A DNA stretch of 64,000 nt from the NCBI GenBank assembly GCA_964443245.1, contig CAYUEG010000005.1, positions 45 through 64,044 on the forward strand. The letters are read 5' to 3'. This document shows positions 17,886 to 26,758 of the stretch, piece by piece. Under the pieces are notes generated by a model. It was given only the letters and a program-made list of their open reading frames with translations, searched no databases and was not told the origin of the DNA. The DNA comes from an uncultured Burkholderiales bacterium (GTDB lineage Bacteria > Pseudomonadota > Gammaproteobacteria > Burkholderiales > JAEUOS01). How positions within the stretch are numbered: the first letter of the stretch is position 1; every line of letters starts with the position of its first letter. The translations under genes were made by a program, and so were the position numbers.

Positions 17886-20053
17886 CGCACTTGATCCGAT
17901 CGCTCCACCTCGACCAGGCAGTCGTAAAAGGTCGGCCCGCGCCCCAGGTCGGTCAGCGTCTGATTGGTCACCGCATTGGCATTGCGGCCGGTCGGCGTGT
18001 ACTTGTGCCACCAGACGGAAAGCGCCGTCACCACACCCGGCCGGGACTTGCCATTGACCCGGGCGCGTGCTTCGAAGCTGCCGCGATCATTGAAGATGCG
18101 TACGCGATCGCCATCCCGGATGCCGCGCGGCGTCGCATCCGATTCATCCACATCCAGGAATGGCTCCTTCTCGGCCTCACGCAATGACGCAATGTTGCCG
18201 AACGTGGAATTCATGAAATTGCGCGCCGGGGGCGAGATCATCATCAGCGGGTACTTCTTCGCCAGTGCCGGGTTGGTGGCAGGCGATTCGCGCGGTGCAA
18301 TGTAATCCGGCAGTGCCGGCAAGCCCAGTGCAACCGCTCTGGCGCTGACAAACTCGCACTTGCCGGAAGGCGTGCGAAAGTTGCCCTCGGCAAAAGGCTT
18401 CCACTCGGCCGGCACATTGAGCCGTTGCCAGCCATGTTCCTTGAGCGAATCAATCGTGATGCCCTGGTTGTAGGGGTGTGAGGCATCCATTGCCTGGGCG
18501 GCGATCACCTCGTCGCTTTCGAACAAGGCCGGTTCGGTGAAGCCCATGCGCGCCGCCAGCGCGCGAAACACGTCGCTGTCGGACCGTGCTTCCCCCACCG
18601 GTGCAATGGCCGGCTGGTTGACCATCCAGTACAGGTGGCCGTAGGACTTGTGAATATCAAAGTGCTCCAGCTGCGTGGTGGCCGGCAGGACAATGTCGGC
18701 GTAGTCACACGAATCGGTCAGAAAGCAATCGTGCACCACCGTGAACAGGTCCTCCCGCGCCAAACCGCGCAATACCTTGTTCGAATCGGGCGCCACGGTG
18801 GCCGGGTTGGCCGAGTACACGTACATGGCTTTTACAGGCGGCCCGTTCGACAGCGCCGCCGCGTCCCCCAGCAATGCATCGCCGAGTTTGATCATGTTGA
18901 TGGTGCGTGGCGCGTTCCAGATGAGGTCGGGCCGTTCGAGCGCACGGGCATCGACCGGATAGGTACCACCCGTCCCGAGCAACACACCGCCCGCAGCGTG
19001 GCGCCATGCGCCGGTGAGTGCCGGCAGGCAGGCAATGGTGCGGCAGCTCATGGCACCGCCGGCGTGGCGTTGCAGACCATAGTTGATGCGGATCGCCGCT
19101 GGCTCACCATGGCGACCGGCAAGCCCGTATTCACGTGCAAGCCCGTCAATCTCCCCTTCGGAAAGACCGGTGATGGCCGCTGCACGCGCCGGCGTCCACG
19201 CCTTGACATGATCTTTCAACGCGTCAAAGCCCAAGGTATGGCGCGCGATGTAGTCGTGATCGAGAAGGTCATCGCGCACCAGCACATGCATCATCGCCAG
19301 CGCCAGGGCGGCATCGGTGCCAGGGCGGATCGGCAGCCACTGGTGGCATTTTTCCGCCGAGAGGGAACGATACGGATCAATCGCGATCACCCGGGCGCCG
19401 CGGCGCTTGGCTTCGGTGACGCGGGTCCACAGATGCACACTGGAGGTAATCGGGTTGGTGCCCCACAACAGGATGAGTCTGGCGTCCTCGAACCGCTCCA
19501 TCTCCGGGCCGATATTGGCCCCCACCGTCAGGGCGATGCCTTCCTTGCCGGCGTTTGAGCAGATGGTGCGATCGAGCAGCGAAGCCCCCAGCACATGGAA
19601 AAAGCGCCGGTCGATCGAATTGGCCTGCACCAGACCCATGGTACCGGCGTAAGAGTACGGCAGGATCGCCTGCGGATTGTCGGCAGCGATGGCCTTGAAA
19701 CGAGCTGCAATCGTGTCCAGTGCTTCATCCCAGCTGATGCGCTCAAAGCGCGCGTCAGCGCCTGGCCCCTTGGGTCCGATGCGCCTGAGTGGATGGAGCA
19801 CGCGATCCGGCGCGTAGGTGCGCTCCAGATATCTGGCCACCTTGTTACAGAGCACGCCATGCGTGGTCGGGTGCGCCGGGTCCCCCTTGACCTCGATCGC
19901 ACGGGCACCGCGCACCGCGCCATCCGGCATCGTGACTTCACCCTCCACCGTGATCAGCATGGCGCAGGTGTCCGGGCAATCATGCGGGCAGGCCGCGCGT
20001 ACGACGCGCCGGACGTTCTTGCTGGGCGCCACCGGGTTGACTTGTCCGTTCAT
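17882..20053 (-). CDS. Molybdopterin (bis-MGD) oxidoreductase family protein, substrate unknown
   Basis: 723 aa with an N-terminal Cys cluster CPHDCPDTC, MopB-type core segments and a C-terminal barrel (RIFNDRGSFEARARV). There is no hydrophobic Tat signal and no adjacent Fe-S or cytochrome subunit genes. Confidence 0.9.
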   Translation of the reverse strand: MNGQVNPVAPSKNVRRVVRAACPHDCPDTCAMLITVEGEVTMPDGAVRGARAIEVKGDPAHPTTHGVLCNKVARYLERTYAPDRVLHPLRRIGPKGPGADARFERISWDEALDTIAARFKAIAADNPQAILPYSYAGTMGLVQANSIDRRFFHVLGASLLDRTICSNAGKEGIALTVGANIGPEMERFEDARLILLWGTNPITSSVHLWTRVTEAKRRGARVIAIDPYRSLSAEKCHQWLPIRPGTDAALALAMMHVLVRDDLLDHDYIARHTLGFDALKDHVKAWTPARAAAITGLSEGEIDGLAREYGLAGRHGEPAAIRINYGLQRHAGGAMSCRTIACLPALTGAWRHAAGGVLLGTGGTYPVDARALERPDLIWNAPRTINMIKLGDALLGDAAALSNGPPVKAMYVYSANPATVAPDSNKVLRGLAREDLFTVVHDCFLTDSCDYADIVLPATTQLEHFDIHKSYGHLYWMVNQPAIAPVGEARSDSDVFRALAARMGFTEPALFESDEVIAAQAMDASHPYNQGITIDSLKEHGWQRLNVPAEWKPFAEGNFRTPSGKCEFVSARAVALGLPALPDYIAPRESPATNPALAKKYPLMMISPPARNFMNSTFGNIASLREAEKEPFLDVDESDATPRGIRDGDRVRIFNDRGSFEARARVNGKSRPGVVTALSVWWHKYTPTGRNANAVTNQTLTDLGRGPTFYDCLVEVERSDQVR

Positions 20054-21339
20054 GAGCTTCCTTGCTGGATCGCGCGATACTCGGCGGCCAATTCATTCAT
20101 GCGTTTGACCATTTCCGCCTTGCGGGTGCTGATGTCATCCAGACGCCGCTGGATTGCCGTCAGGTCGGCCTGGCGCTGCCCGGCCATGCCGCCCTGATCA
20201 AAGCGGAGCATCAGCTTGAGCATGTTGGCCTGGTTGATCAGGGTCAGTTCATCGAAACTTAAGGCATTGACCTGCTGCTGCAATTGCCGGTATTCGGCCA
20301 CCATGCGGCCCATTTGCCGAGCACGCTCCTCGGCGCCCTCGCGCAACGCGGTACCGCCGGCGCCCGGGGCGGGACCGGGCACCGGCACGGAAGAATCCGC
20401 CGCCGGCGGGCCGGCCGGCCTTCCCGGTTCGCGCGTGTTGGCCTGGGATTGGCTCTGGGAGCCACTCTCCGCTTGCCGTTCGCGAATGCGGGCGGTCACG
20501 CCAGCCGGCGCTGCCAGCACCAGTGCAATTGCCTCTTCCAGCGCCGGCACGACATCGGCCACGCGCGCCCTCTCGACTTTGCCGGGGGTTGCCAGACTGG
20601 CGCGCACTGCCGGAATCTGTGCCGCCACCTTCTCCAGCAGGTCCAGCACATGCTGGGATTTGATCGCATAGTTGACGTTCTGCGGAATGTCACCAGTCTG
20701 GCGCGCCATCGCCTGTGCATCCAGTTTCGATGCCACCACCCCGACCACGTTGCCATCAAGCGTGATCAACGGTCCACCCGAATTGCCGGTCTGGATCGGC
20801 GCGCTGATCTGGAACACCCGGTTGTCGTTGTTCGCGCCAGAAAAGCTGTTGATGATGCCGTCCGTGACCTTCGGTTCGATACCCTGCTGACCGATGTTCG
20901 GAAAGCCCATGGTTACCACGGCGGCGCCACGCCGCACATCACCCGAACTGGCAAGCGGCAGCGGTTTGAACTTGCGGCCGTCGCGGACTTCCGCCTTGAG
21001 CAAGGCCAGATCATTGCTGCGATCTACCGCAATCGCGCGCGCTTCGAACGTCTCGCCGGCGAGGTTGCGCAAGGTGATGGAACCGCTGTTGACGACCACG
21101 TGAAAACAGGTGATGAAATAGCCATCTTCACTGATGAAGAAGCCGGTTCCGGTCGAAGTGCGCTGCGCTTGCGCGGAAACCATGCCGCACACAAGCAGCA
21201 GCCACGACGCCAGGATCCAGCGCTGCCAGGTCCGAAACAAAGCCTGACCATGATGCGGGCAGTCGGCGCTCCTGAAGCGCCGGGCGATCGCCCTCTGACG
21301 CTGCCGCGTGCCCTGTGTTTGGACGAGTCTGCCTAACAT
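20050..21339 (-). CDS. Signal-anchored trypsin-like (S1) serine protease with low-complexity linker and C-terminal coiled-coil
   Basis: 429 aa. It has an N-terminal hydrophobic segment (WILASWLLLVCGMVSAQA), a His region (FITCFHVV), Asp (DLALLK) and a Ser motif (GNSGGPL). These are followed by SQSQSQ and a Pro-rich linker, then about 95 aa of heptad-like Q/R/A/L-rich sequence. Confidence 0.85.
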   Translation of the reverse strand: MLGRLVQTQGTRQRQRAIARRFRSADCPHHGQALFRTWQRWILASWLLLVCGMVSAQAQRTSTGTGFFISEDGYFITCFHVVVNSGSITLRNLAGETFEARAIAVDRSNDLALLKAEVRDGRKFKPLPLASSGDVRRGAAVVTMGFPNIGQQGIEPKVTDGIINSFSGANNDNRVFQISAPIQTGNSGGPLITLDGNVVGVVASKLDAQAMARQTGDIPQNVNYAIKSQHVLDLLEKVAAQIPAVRASLATPGKVERARVADVVPALEEAIALVLAAPAGVTARIRERQAESGSQSQSQANTREPGRPAGPPAADSSVPVPGPAPGAGGTALREGAEERARQMGRMVAEYRQLQQQVNALSFDELTLINQANMLKLMLRFDQGGMAGQRQADLTAIQRRLDDISTRKAEMVKRMNELAAEYRAIQQGSS

Positions 21340-21495
21340 GATCGGATTTTACGGCGCTGGCGCGCTATCGAAGTCGCCGACACCCGGCTGAACCCCTCTG
21401 GAAAGAGGGGATTTGTGACCAGGAATGCTGTCGCCGCAACGGGCGGCAACGTTGAACGAAGCGAAACGGCTGTGATGCGGATGACACCGTGGCCG

Positions 21496-22437
21496 CTACA
21501 AACTGGCCAGCGTCTTCACATGCGCAGCCGCACTGCGCCCAAGCGCCGACAGGTTGTAGCCCCCCTCCAGCATCGATACGATGCGGCCCTGGGCATGCCG
21601 ATGCGCCACATCCATCAACTGGCGCGTCATCCAGGCATAGTCGGCTTCGACCAGCTTTAAGCCTCCCAGGATGTCTTCACGATGGGCATCGAAGCCGGCG
21701 GAGATGAAGATCATTTCCGGCTTCCAGTCATCCAGTGCCGGCAGCCACTGCTCTTCCACCGCCTTGCGGGCAGCATCGCCACCGCTCCCTTCCCGCAGCG
21801 GCACGTTGACCATGTTCGCTGCCGGCATGTCCGTGCCGCTGTAAGGGTAGAAGGGGTGCTGGAAAATGCTGGCCATCAGCACCCGGTCCTGCCACTCTGG
21901 CCCTTCGAACATGTCCTCGGTGCCATTGCCATGGTGCACATCAAAATCGATGATGGCGATCCGGTCCAGGTCGTACTCTGCCATCGCGTGGGCAGCTGCC
22001 ACGCCGATGTTGTTGAAAATGCAAAAGCCCATTGAGCGGGCCCGGGTGGCATGGTGGCCGCAGGGGCGCACGGCACAAAAGGCGTTCTCCACCTTGCCGG
22101 CCATCACTTGATCGACCGCGAGCACGCCTGCGCCGGCGGCGCGCAGGGCGGCATGGAGGGAGTGGGGATTCATCGCCGTATCGGGGTCCAGCTGGGCATA
22201 TCCCTGGGTGGGCGCGTTCTCGAAAATCAAATCCACATACTCCGGCCGATGCACTCTCTTGAGCGCGTCAGGATGGGCCAGCGGCGCCTCAAGCTCGGTC
22301 AGATGATCCAGCAAACCGGAGGACCGCATCTGGTCGTGTACCGCGTGCAGGCGATCCGGGCATTCCGGATGGCCAGCTCCCATGTCGTGGCGCAAGCAAT
22401 CGGGGTGGGAAATGTAGGCTGTGCTCATGTTGGGCAA
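21496..22437 (-). CDS. Histone deacetylase-family (class II HDAC / acetylpolyamine amidohydrolase-like) protein
   Basis: 313 aa with RPCGHHA, DFDVHHGNGT and the EGGY motif, which are the characteristic HDAC zinc and catalytic residues. Confidence 0.9.
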   Translation of the reverse strand: MPNMSTAYISHPDCLRHDMGAGHPECPDRLHAVHDQMRSSGLLDHLTELEAPLAHPDALKRVHRPEYVDLIFENAPTQGYAQLDPDTAMNPHSLHAALRAAGAGVLAVDQVMAGKVENAFCAVRPCGHHATRARSMGFCIFNNIGVAAAHAMAEYDLDRIAIIDFDVHHGNGTEDMFEGPEWQDRVLMASIFQHPFYPYSGTDMPAANMVNVPLREGSGGDAARKAVEEQWLPALDDWKPEMIFISAGFDAHREDILGGLKLVEADYAWMTRQLMDVAHRHAQGRIVSMLEGGYNLSALGRSAAAHVKTLASL

Positions 22438-22666
22438 ATCGGTTCAATAGCGTGTGAGAGTGATGAATCGGCGTCAATCCGTAACTTGTTGCTATCATCG
22501 TTTTTTTCCGTGCGTATTGCAACTTCGGCAGCTGCACGCAGCCTACTTGGTGGTACCGCCTGATTTCAATACCCTCATACGGGCATCCGGAGTCCGGCAG
22601 GCTGCGTATCTGTTCGATCAAGACGCCTCGCGCCTGATGTTCCCGATCACTCCTTGATTGCGCCCC

Positions 22667-23617
22667 ATGTCCGCCGTCCTTGCTTCCTCCCACAGCACCT
22701 ACCGTAACCTCATGGATGCGCTGCTCGCGCAGCTGAACCAGGTCATTCTTGGCAAGGAGGGTCAGCTGCGCATGGCGGTTGCCTGCATGCTGGCACGCGG
22801 CCACCTCTTGATCGAGGATGTTCCCGGGGTCGGCAAAACCACCCTGGCGCACGCACTTGCCCGTTCACTCGGCCTGAAGTTCCAGCGCATCCAGTTCACC
22901 AGCGATTTGTTGCCGGCGGACGTGCTGGGGGTGTCGATCTATGAACGGGAGACCGGCACCTTCAAGTTTCACCCCGGCCCGATCTTTGCACAGTTCATCC
23001 TGGCCGATGAGGTCAATCGCGCCACGCCGAAAACACAGAGCGCATTGCTGGAGGCGATGGAGGAACAGCAGGTCACGCTCGACAGCACCAGCCATGCACT
23101 GCCTCAGCCATTCTTCGTCATCGCGACGCAGAACCCGTCGAATCAGGTGGGAACATTTGCCCTGCCGGAATCACAGCTGGATCGCTTTCTGATGCGGATG
23201 GAACTGGGCTATCCGGATCGCGCCGCCGAGCGCGAGCTGCTCTCCGGGGCGGATCGACGGCAACTGGCCGCCCAGTTGCAGCCGGTCATGTCGGTTGCCG
23301 ACTTCGGCGCTCTGCAGGGCCGTGCCGCGACCATCCACGCCAGCCCGGCGCTGATCGACTACATCCAGGCCTTGGTGGAAGCCTCGCGACGGGCGCCGCA
23401 ATTTTCCACCGGCCTGAGCCCGCGCGCCGGCCTGGGGTTGCTGGCGGCATCCCGTGCCTGGGCATTCGTCTGCGCCCGCGACGCCGTGCTGCCCGAAGAT
23501 GTACAGGCGGTGCTTCCCCATGTCGCCGCGCACCGGCTCAAACCTGCACAGAGTGCGGGCCGTGGCGCCACTCTGGAAATGATCGACGAGTGGGTCAAGT
23601 CGGTCGCCATTCCCTGA
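22667..23617 (+). CDS. MoxR-family AAA+ ATPase
   Basis: ORF 22658..23617, probably starting at ATG 22667. It has Walker A (DVPGVGKTTLA), Walker B (ILADEVNR) and overall MoxR/AAA_3 sequence character. Confidence 0.9.
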   Translation: MSAVLASSHSTYRNLMDALLAQLNQVILGKEGQLRMAVACMLARGHLLIEDVPGVGKTTLAHALARSLGLKFQRIQFTSDLLPADVLGVSIYERETGTFKFHPGPIFAQFILADEVNRATPKTQSALLEAMEEQQVTLDSTSHALPQPFFVIATQNPSNQVGTFALPESQLDRFLMRMELGYPDRAAERELLSGADRRQLAAQLQPVMSVADFGALQGRAATIHASPALIDYIQALVEASRRAPQFSTGLSPRAGLGLLAASRAWAFVCARDAVLPEDVQAVLPHVAAHRLKPAQSAGRGATLEMIDEWVKSVAIP

Positions 23618-23666
23618 TCACCGGCACGCGCACGCTGGCACAACCCGACCCGCGACGGAAATCCAC

Positions 23667-24713
23667 GTGAGCACCGCTTCCGCCCCCCTCGCCGCCGGCG
23701 GGCGCCGGTTGTTGCGTTATTCGATGATCCATAACTGGATCTTCCAGCCGCGCGGGCCGGAAGCGGGGGACGTTTTCCTGCACCAGCGCCGGGTATTCAT
23801 CTTTCCGACGCGCTATGGCCTGACCTTCGCCGCCTCGCTGCTGGCGATGCTGGCAGGGTCGATCAATTACGACCTCTCGCTGGGCTTTGTACTGACCTTC
23901 TTCCTGGCTTCTGCGGGCCTGGTGGCGATGCTGCATACGTTCCGCAACCAGGTGCACATGCTGCTGCGCCCGCTCAGGGCCGAACCCGTATTTGCGGGCG
24001 AGACGGCGGCCTTTGAACTGGCGGTGGTCAATCGGAAGGCGATCGAGCGCGCGGCCATCTGGCTGCGCGCACCGGAATGCCAGGTGGTCATCGATGTACC
24101 GCCAAACGACGTCGCAACAGCCACACTACGCATCGCCGCAACCCAGCGCGGCTGGCTGCGCCTGCCCCGCCTCACCATTGAGACCCGGTACCCCCTTGGT
24201 CTGTTGCGCGCCTGGAGTTACTGGCAGCCGGCCATGCCTTGCCTGGTCTATCCCCGTCCTGCCCCGGCCGGCATGCCGTTCCCCGCAGCACCGGAAGGTT
24301 CGGGAGAAGGTGCTCCCGCCGGCAGCGGAACAGACGATTTTGCCGGCCTTCGCGAGCACCGTGCCAGCGACAGCCCCCGCCATATCGCCTGGAAAAGCGC
24401 TGCCCTGGCACTTGAGACCAACTCCCCGTTCCTGACCAAGCACTTTCTGGGAACCGCGGCATCGGACCTGGTCTTCGACATCGCCACCCTGCCGCGCAGC
24501 ATGGACACCGAGGCGCGGCTGTCGCAGCTGACCCGCTGGATACTGGATGCGGACGACGCGCGCCAGGGCTACCAGCTGATCCTGGGCGGGCAGGTTCTGG
24601 GCCCGAGCGGGGGGGACGCCCACCGCGCTGCCTGCCTGAAGGCGCTGGCCCTGTTCGAGGTGGCCGATGATGCGGCGCTGCAACCGACGCCGCGGCGTGG
24701 AGAGGCAGGATGA
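23667..24713 (+). CDS. DUF58 domain protein (vWA-like partner of MoxR)
   Basis: 348 aa with a GTG start, two N-terminal TM segments, and DDFAGLREHRASDSPRHIAW, the hallmark DUF58 motif. Confidence 0.85.
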   Translation: MSTASAPLAAGGRRLLRYSMIHNWIFQPRGPEAGDVFLHQRRVFIFPTRYGLTFAASLLAMLAGSINYDLSLGFVLTFFLASAGLVAMLHTFRNQVHMLLRPLRAEPVFAGETAAFELAVVNRKAIERAAIWLRAPECQVVIDVPPNDVATATLRIAATQRGWLRLPRLTIETRYPLGLLRAWSYWQPAMPCLVYPRPAPAGMPFPAAPEGSGEGAPAGSGTDDFAGLREHRASDSPRHIAWKSAALALETNSPFLTKHFLGTAASDLVFDIATLPRSMDTEARLSQLTRWILDADDARQGYQLILGGQVLGPSGGDAHRAACLKALALFEVADDAALQPTPRRGEAG

Positions 24714-26758
24714 AGCTGCCCCGCTTCTTTCCGATGACGCGCGAAGCGTTAAGGTCCGATACCGTAGCGCAAGCGCAGCCGGTGGGCCGCACCGCCATGC
24801 TCACCCTGCTATTGGCACTCATCCCGGTTCTCGGGCCGCATGTCTCGCACCTGCCTGAATGGTGCTCCTGGTTCGCCGGCCTGCTGTTCACGTGGCGTGC
24901 CTACCTGGCGTGGCGCGAGTTGAAGGGGCCGGTGCAATTACCCTCACGCTGGCTTCTCATGCTGCTCATGGGGCTGGCGATTGCCGGCACACTGTGGACC
25001 CATCGCACGCTGTTCGGGCGCGATGCCGGTGTCACGTTTGTCACCCTGCTGCTGGCCCTGAAGCTGCTGGAGACGCGCACCAAGCGCGACGCCGTAGCCG
25101 CCGTGTTTCTCTCCTATTTCCTGATCCTGACCAATTTCTTCTACTCGCAAACCATCGGCGTGGCAGCCCTGATGCTGGTCTCCCTGGTGATGATCACGTC
25201 CGCCCTGATCGCCGCCAATCGCGACGCAGCTCCTCTCCCACTTCTGGCACAGACGCGCCTGGCGGGCGTGATCATTCTCCAGGCCATTCCGATGATGCTC
25301 CTGCTGTTCCTGCTGTTCCCTCGCGTCAACGGCCCGCTCTGGGGTTTGCCCGCCGATGCCAGTGCTGCGGTATCCGGGCTTTCGGACAGCATGTCTCCGG
25401 GTCAGATCACCTCGCTCTCGTTGTCGGACGCCATTGCCTTTCGCGTCAAGTTCAATGGCCCGCCTCCGTCTGAAGCGGTAATGTACTGGCGCGGGCCGGT
25501 GCTGTCCGCCTTTGATGGCCGCAACTGGCGCATGCAGGCTGCCAATCCGTACCGGCCAGCGCAATTCGAAGCTGCAGGTGCCAAGTTCGACTACACCGTC
25601 ACGCTGGAACCATCGCAGAAGCCATGGTTATTCGCGCTGGAAATGCCCACCAGACTGCCCGAGTACGGGCGCCTGACTGCCGACCTGCAGCCGGTGACGA
25701 ACAAACCAGTGACGAGCCGGATGCGCTACGACGCCACGTCCTACCCGGCCTACCGCTCGATCCCGCAGGAATCGCGTGAGGACCTGCAACCCTACCTGGC
25801 CCTGCCGCCACGTACCAACCCGCGCACGCGTGAACTGATCGCTTCCTGGCTGTTCCAGGGCACCAGCGGCGAAGCGATGGTGGCACGCGCCTTGAAACAC
25901 TTCCGCACCGAAGAGTTTTATTACACGTTTGAACCGCCACTGCTGGACAACAACCCGGTTGACGAATTTCTTTTCATCACCAAAAAAGGCTTTTGCGAAC
26001 ACTATGCGTCAGCCTTTACCGTGATGATGCGCGCTGCCGGCATCCCGGCCCGCGTGGTGACGGGCTATCAGGGCGGACAAGTCAACCCGATCGACGGGTT
26101 TGTGACGGTACGCCAGGCCGACGCGCATGCCTGGGCGGAGGTTTGGCTGCGCGACCGCGGCTGGATCCGCGTTGACCCAACCGCGGCCGTCTCGCCAGCA
26201 CGCATTGAGCGTGGTCTGGCCGGTGCATTGCCGCAGCGCTTCGCCGCGCCCCTGATCAGCCGTTTTACCGGTGGCTGGAGCACGGATGCCCTGCAGAAGA
26301 TCCGGTTCAATTGGGAAGCCGTAACCAACGCCTGGAACCAATGGGTGCTCAACTACTCACCGGACAGGCAACGCGAAACGCTGGAACGCCTCGGCATGAA
26401 GACACCCACCTGGCAAGACATGGTAGCGGCGCTGGTGATCGGCATGGGCCTGGTATCTCTGGTCGTCACCGGCTGGATTCTGAAATCGCAACGCGAACGT
26501 GATCCAGTGCAGCGCATGTGGGAGCGGTTCTGCCGGCGCCTTGCTCGCGCCGGGGTGGAACGCGCGCCACATGAAGGCCCGCTCGATTTTGCGCGTCGTG
26601 CAGAAGCGTGGCTGGCAGCCAGGAAGCCGGCCAGTCCGGCGCGCCGTGCTGTGCCGCAGATCGGTCAGGCCTACGCGTCCCTGCGCTATGGCGCGCCGTC
26701 AAGCGACCCATCCGGCATGAGACAATTCGCGCAAATGGTCAAGGAATTGCGCGTTTGA
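24710..26758 (+). CDS. tgpA: Transglutaminase TgpA-family membrane protein (DUF3488 + transglutaminase core)
   Basis: 682 aa with an N-terminal polytopic domain and a transglutaminase core whose catalytic Cys is in GFCEHYASAF. The ATG overlaps the DUF58 stop (ATGA). Confidence 0.9.
   Translation: MKLPRFFPMTREALRSDTVAQAQPVGRTAMLTLLLALIPVLGPHVSHLPEWCSWFAGLLFTWRAYLAWRELKGPVQLPSRWLLMLLMGLAIAGTLWTHRTLFGRDAGVTFVTLLLALKLLETRTKRDAVAAVFLSYFLILTNFFYSQTIGVAALMLVSLVMITSALIAANRDAAPLPLLAQTRLAGVIILQAIPMMLLLFLLFPRVNGPLWGLPADASAAVSGLSDSMSPGQITSLSLSDAIAFRVKFNGPPPSEAVMYWRGPVLSAFDGRNWRMQAANPYRPAQFEAAGAKFDYTVTLEPSQKPWLFALEMPTRLPEYGRLTADLQPVTNKPVTSRMRYDATSYPAYRSIPQESREDLQPYLALPPRTNPRTRELIASWLFQGTSGEAMVARALKHFRTEEFYYTFEPPLLDNNPVDEFLFITKKGFCEHYASAFTVMMRAAGIPARVVTGYQGGQVNPIDGFVTVRQADAHAWAEVWLRDRGWIRVDPTAAVSPARIERGLAGALPQRFAAPLISRFTGGWSTDALQKIRFNWEAVTNAWNQWVLNYSPDRQRETLERLGMKTPTWQDMVAALVIGMGLVSLVVTGWILKSQRERDPVQRMWERFCRRLARAGVERAPHEGPLDFARRAEAWLAARKPASPARRAVPQIGQAYASLRYGAPSSDPSGMRQFAQMVKELRV

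Noticed and set aside
17990-20053. Possible Tat signal (RR at residues 15-16) or selenocysteine in the molybdoenzyme
   Set aside because: The RR is followed directly by the Cys cluster with no hydrophobic h-region or cleavage site. The ORF is uninterrupted, so no in-frame TGA recoding is needed.
21340-21495. Small hairpin CCCCTCT-ggaa-AGAGGGG (about 21394-21411) downstream of the HDAC-like gene as a terminator or sRNA
   Set aside because: No T-run follows on the minus strand and the stem is short. The support is insufficient to annotate it.
26608-26754. Upstream extension of the mltB ORF (start at 26608)
   Set aside because: It would overlap tgpA by 150 nt and puts 49 hydrophilic residues before the signal peptide. 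TTG 26755 gives a canonical signal peptide.
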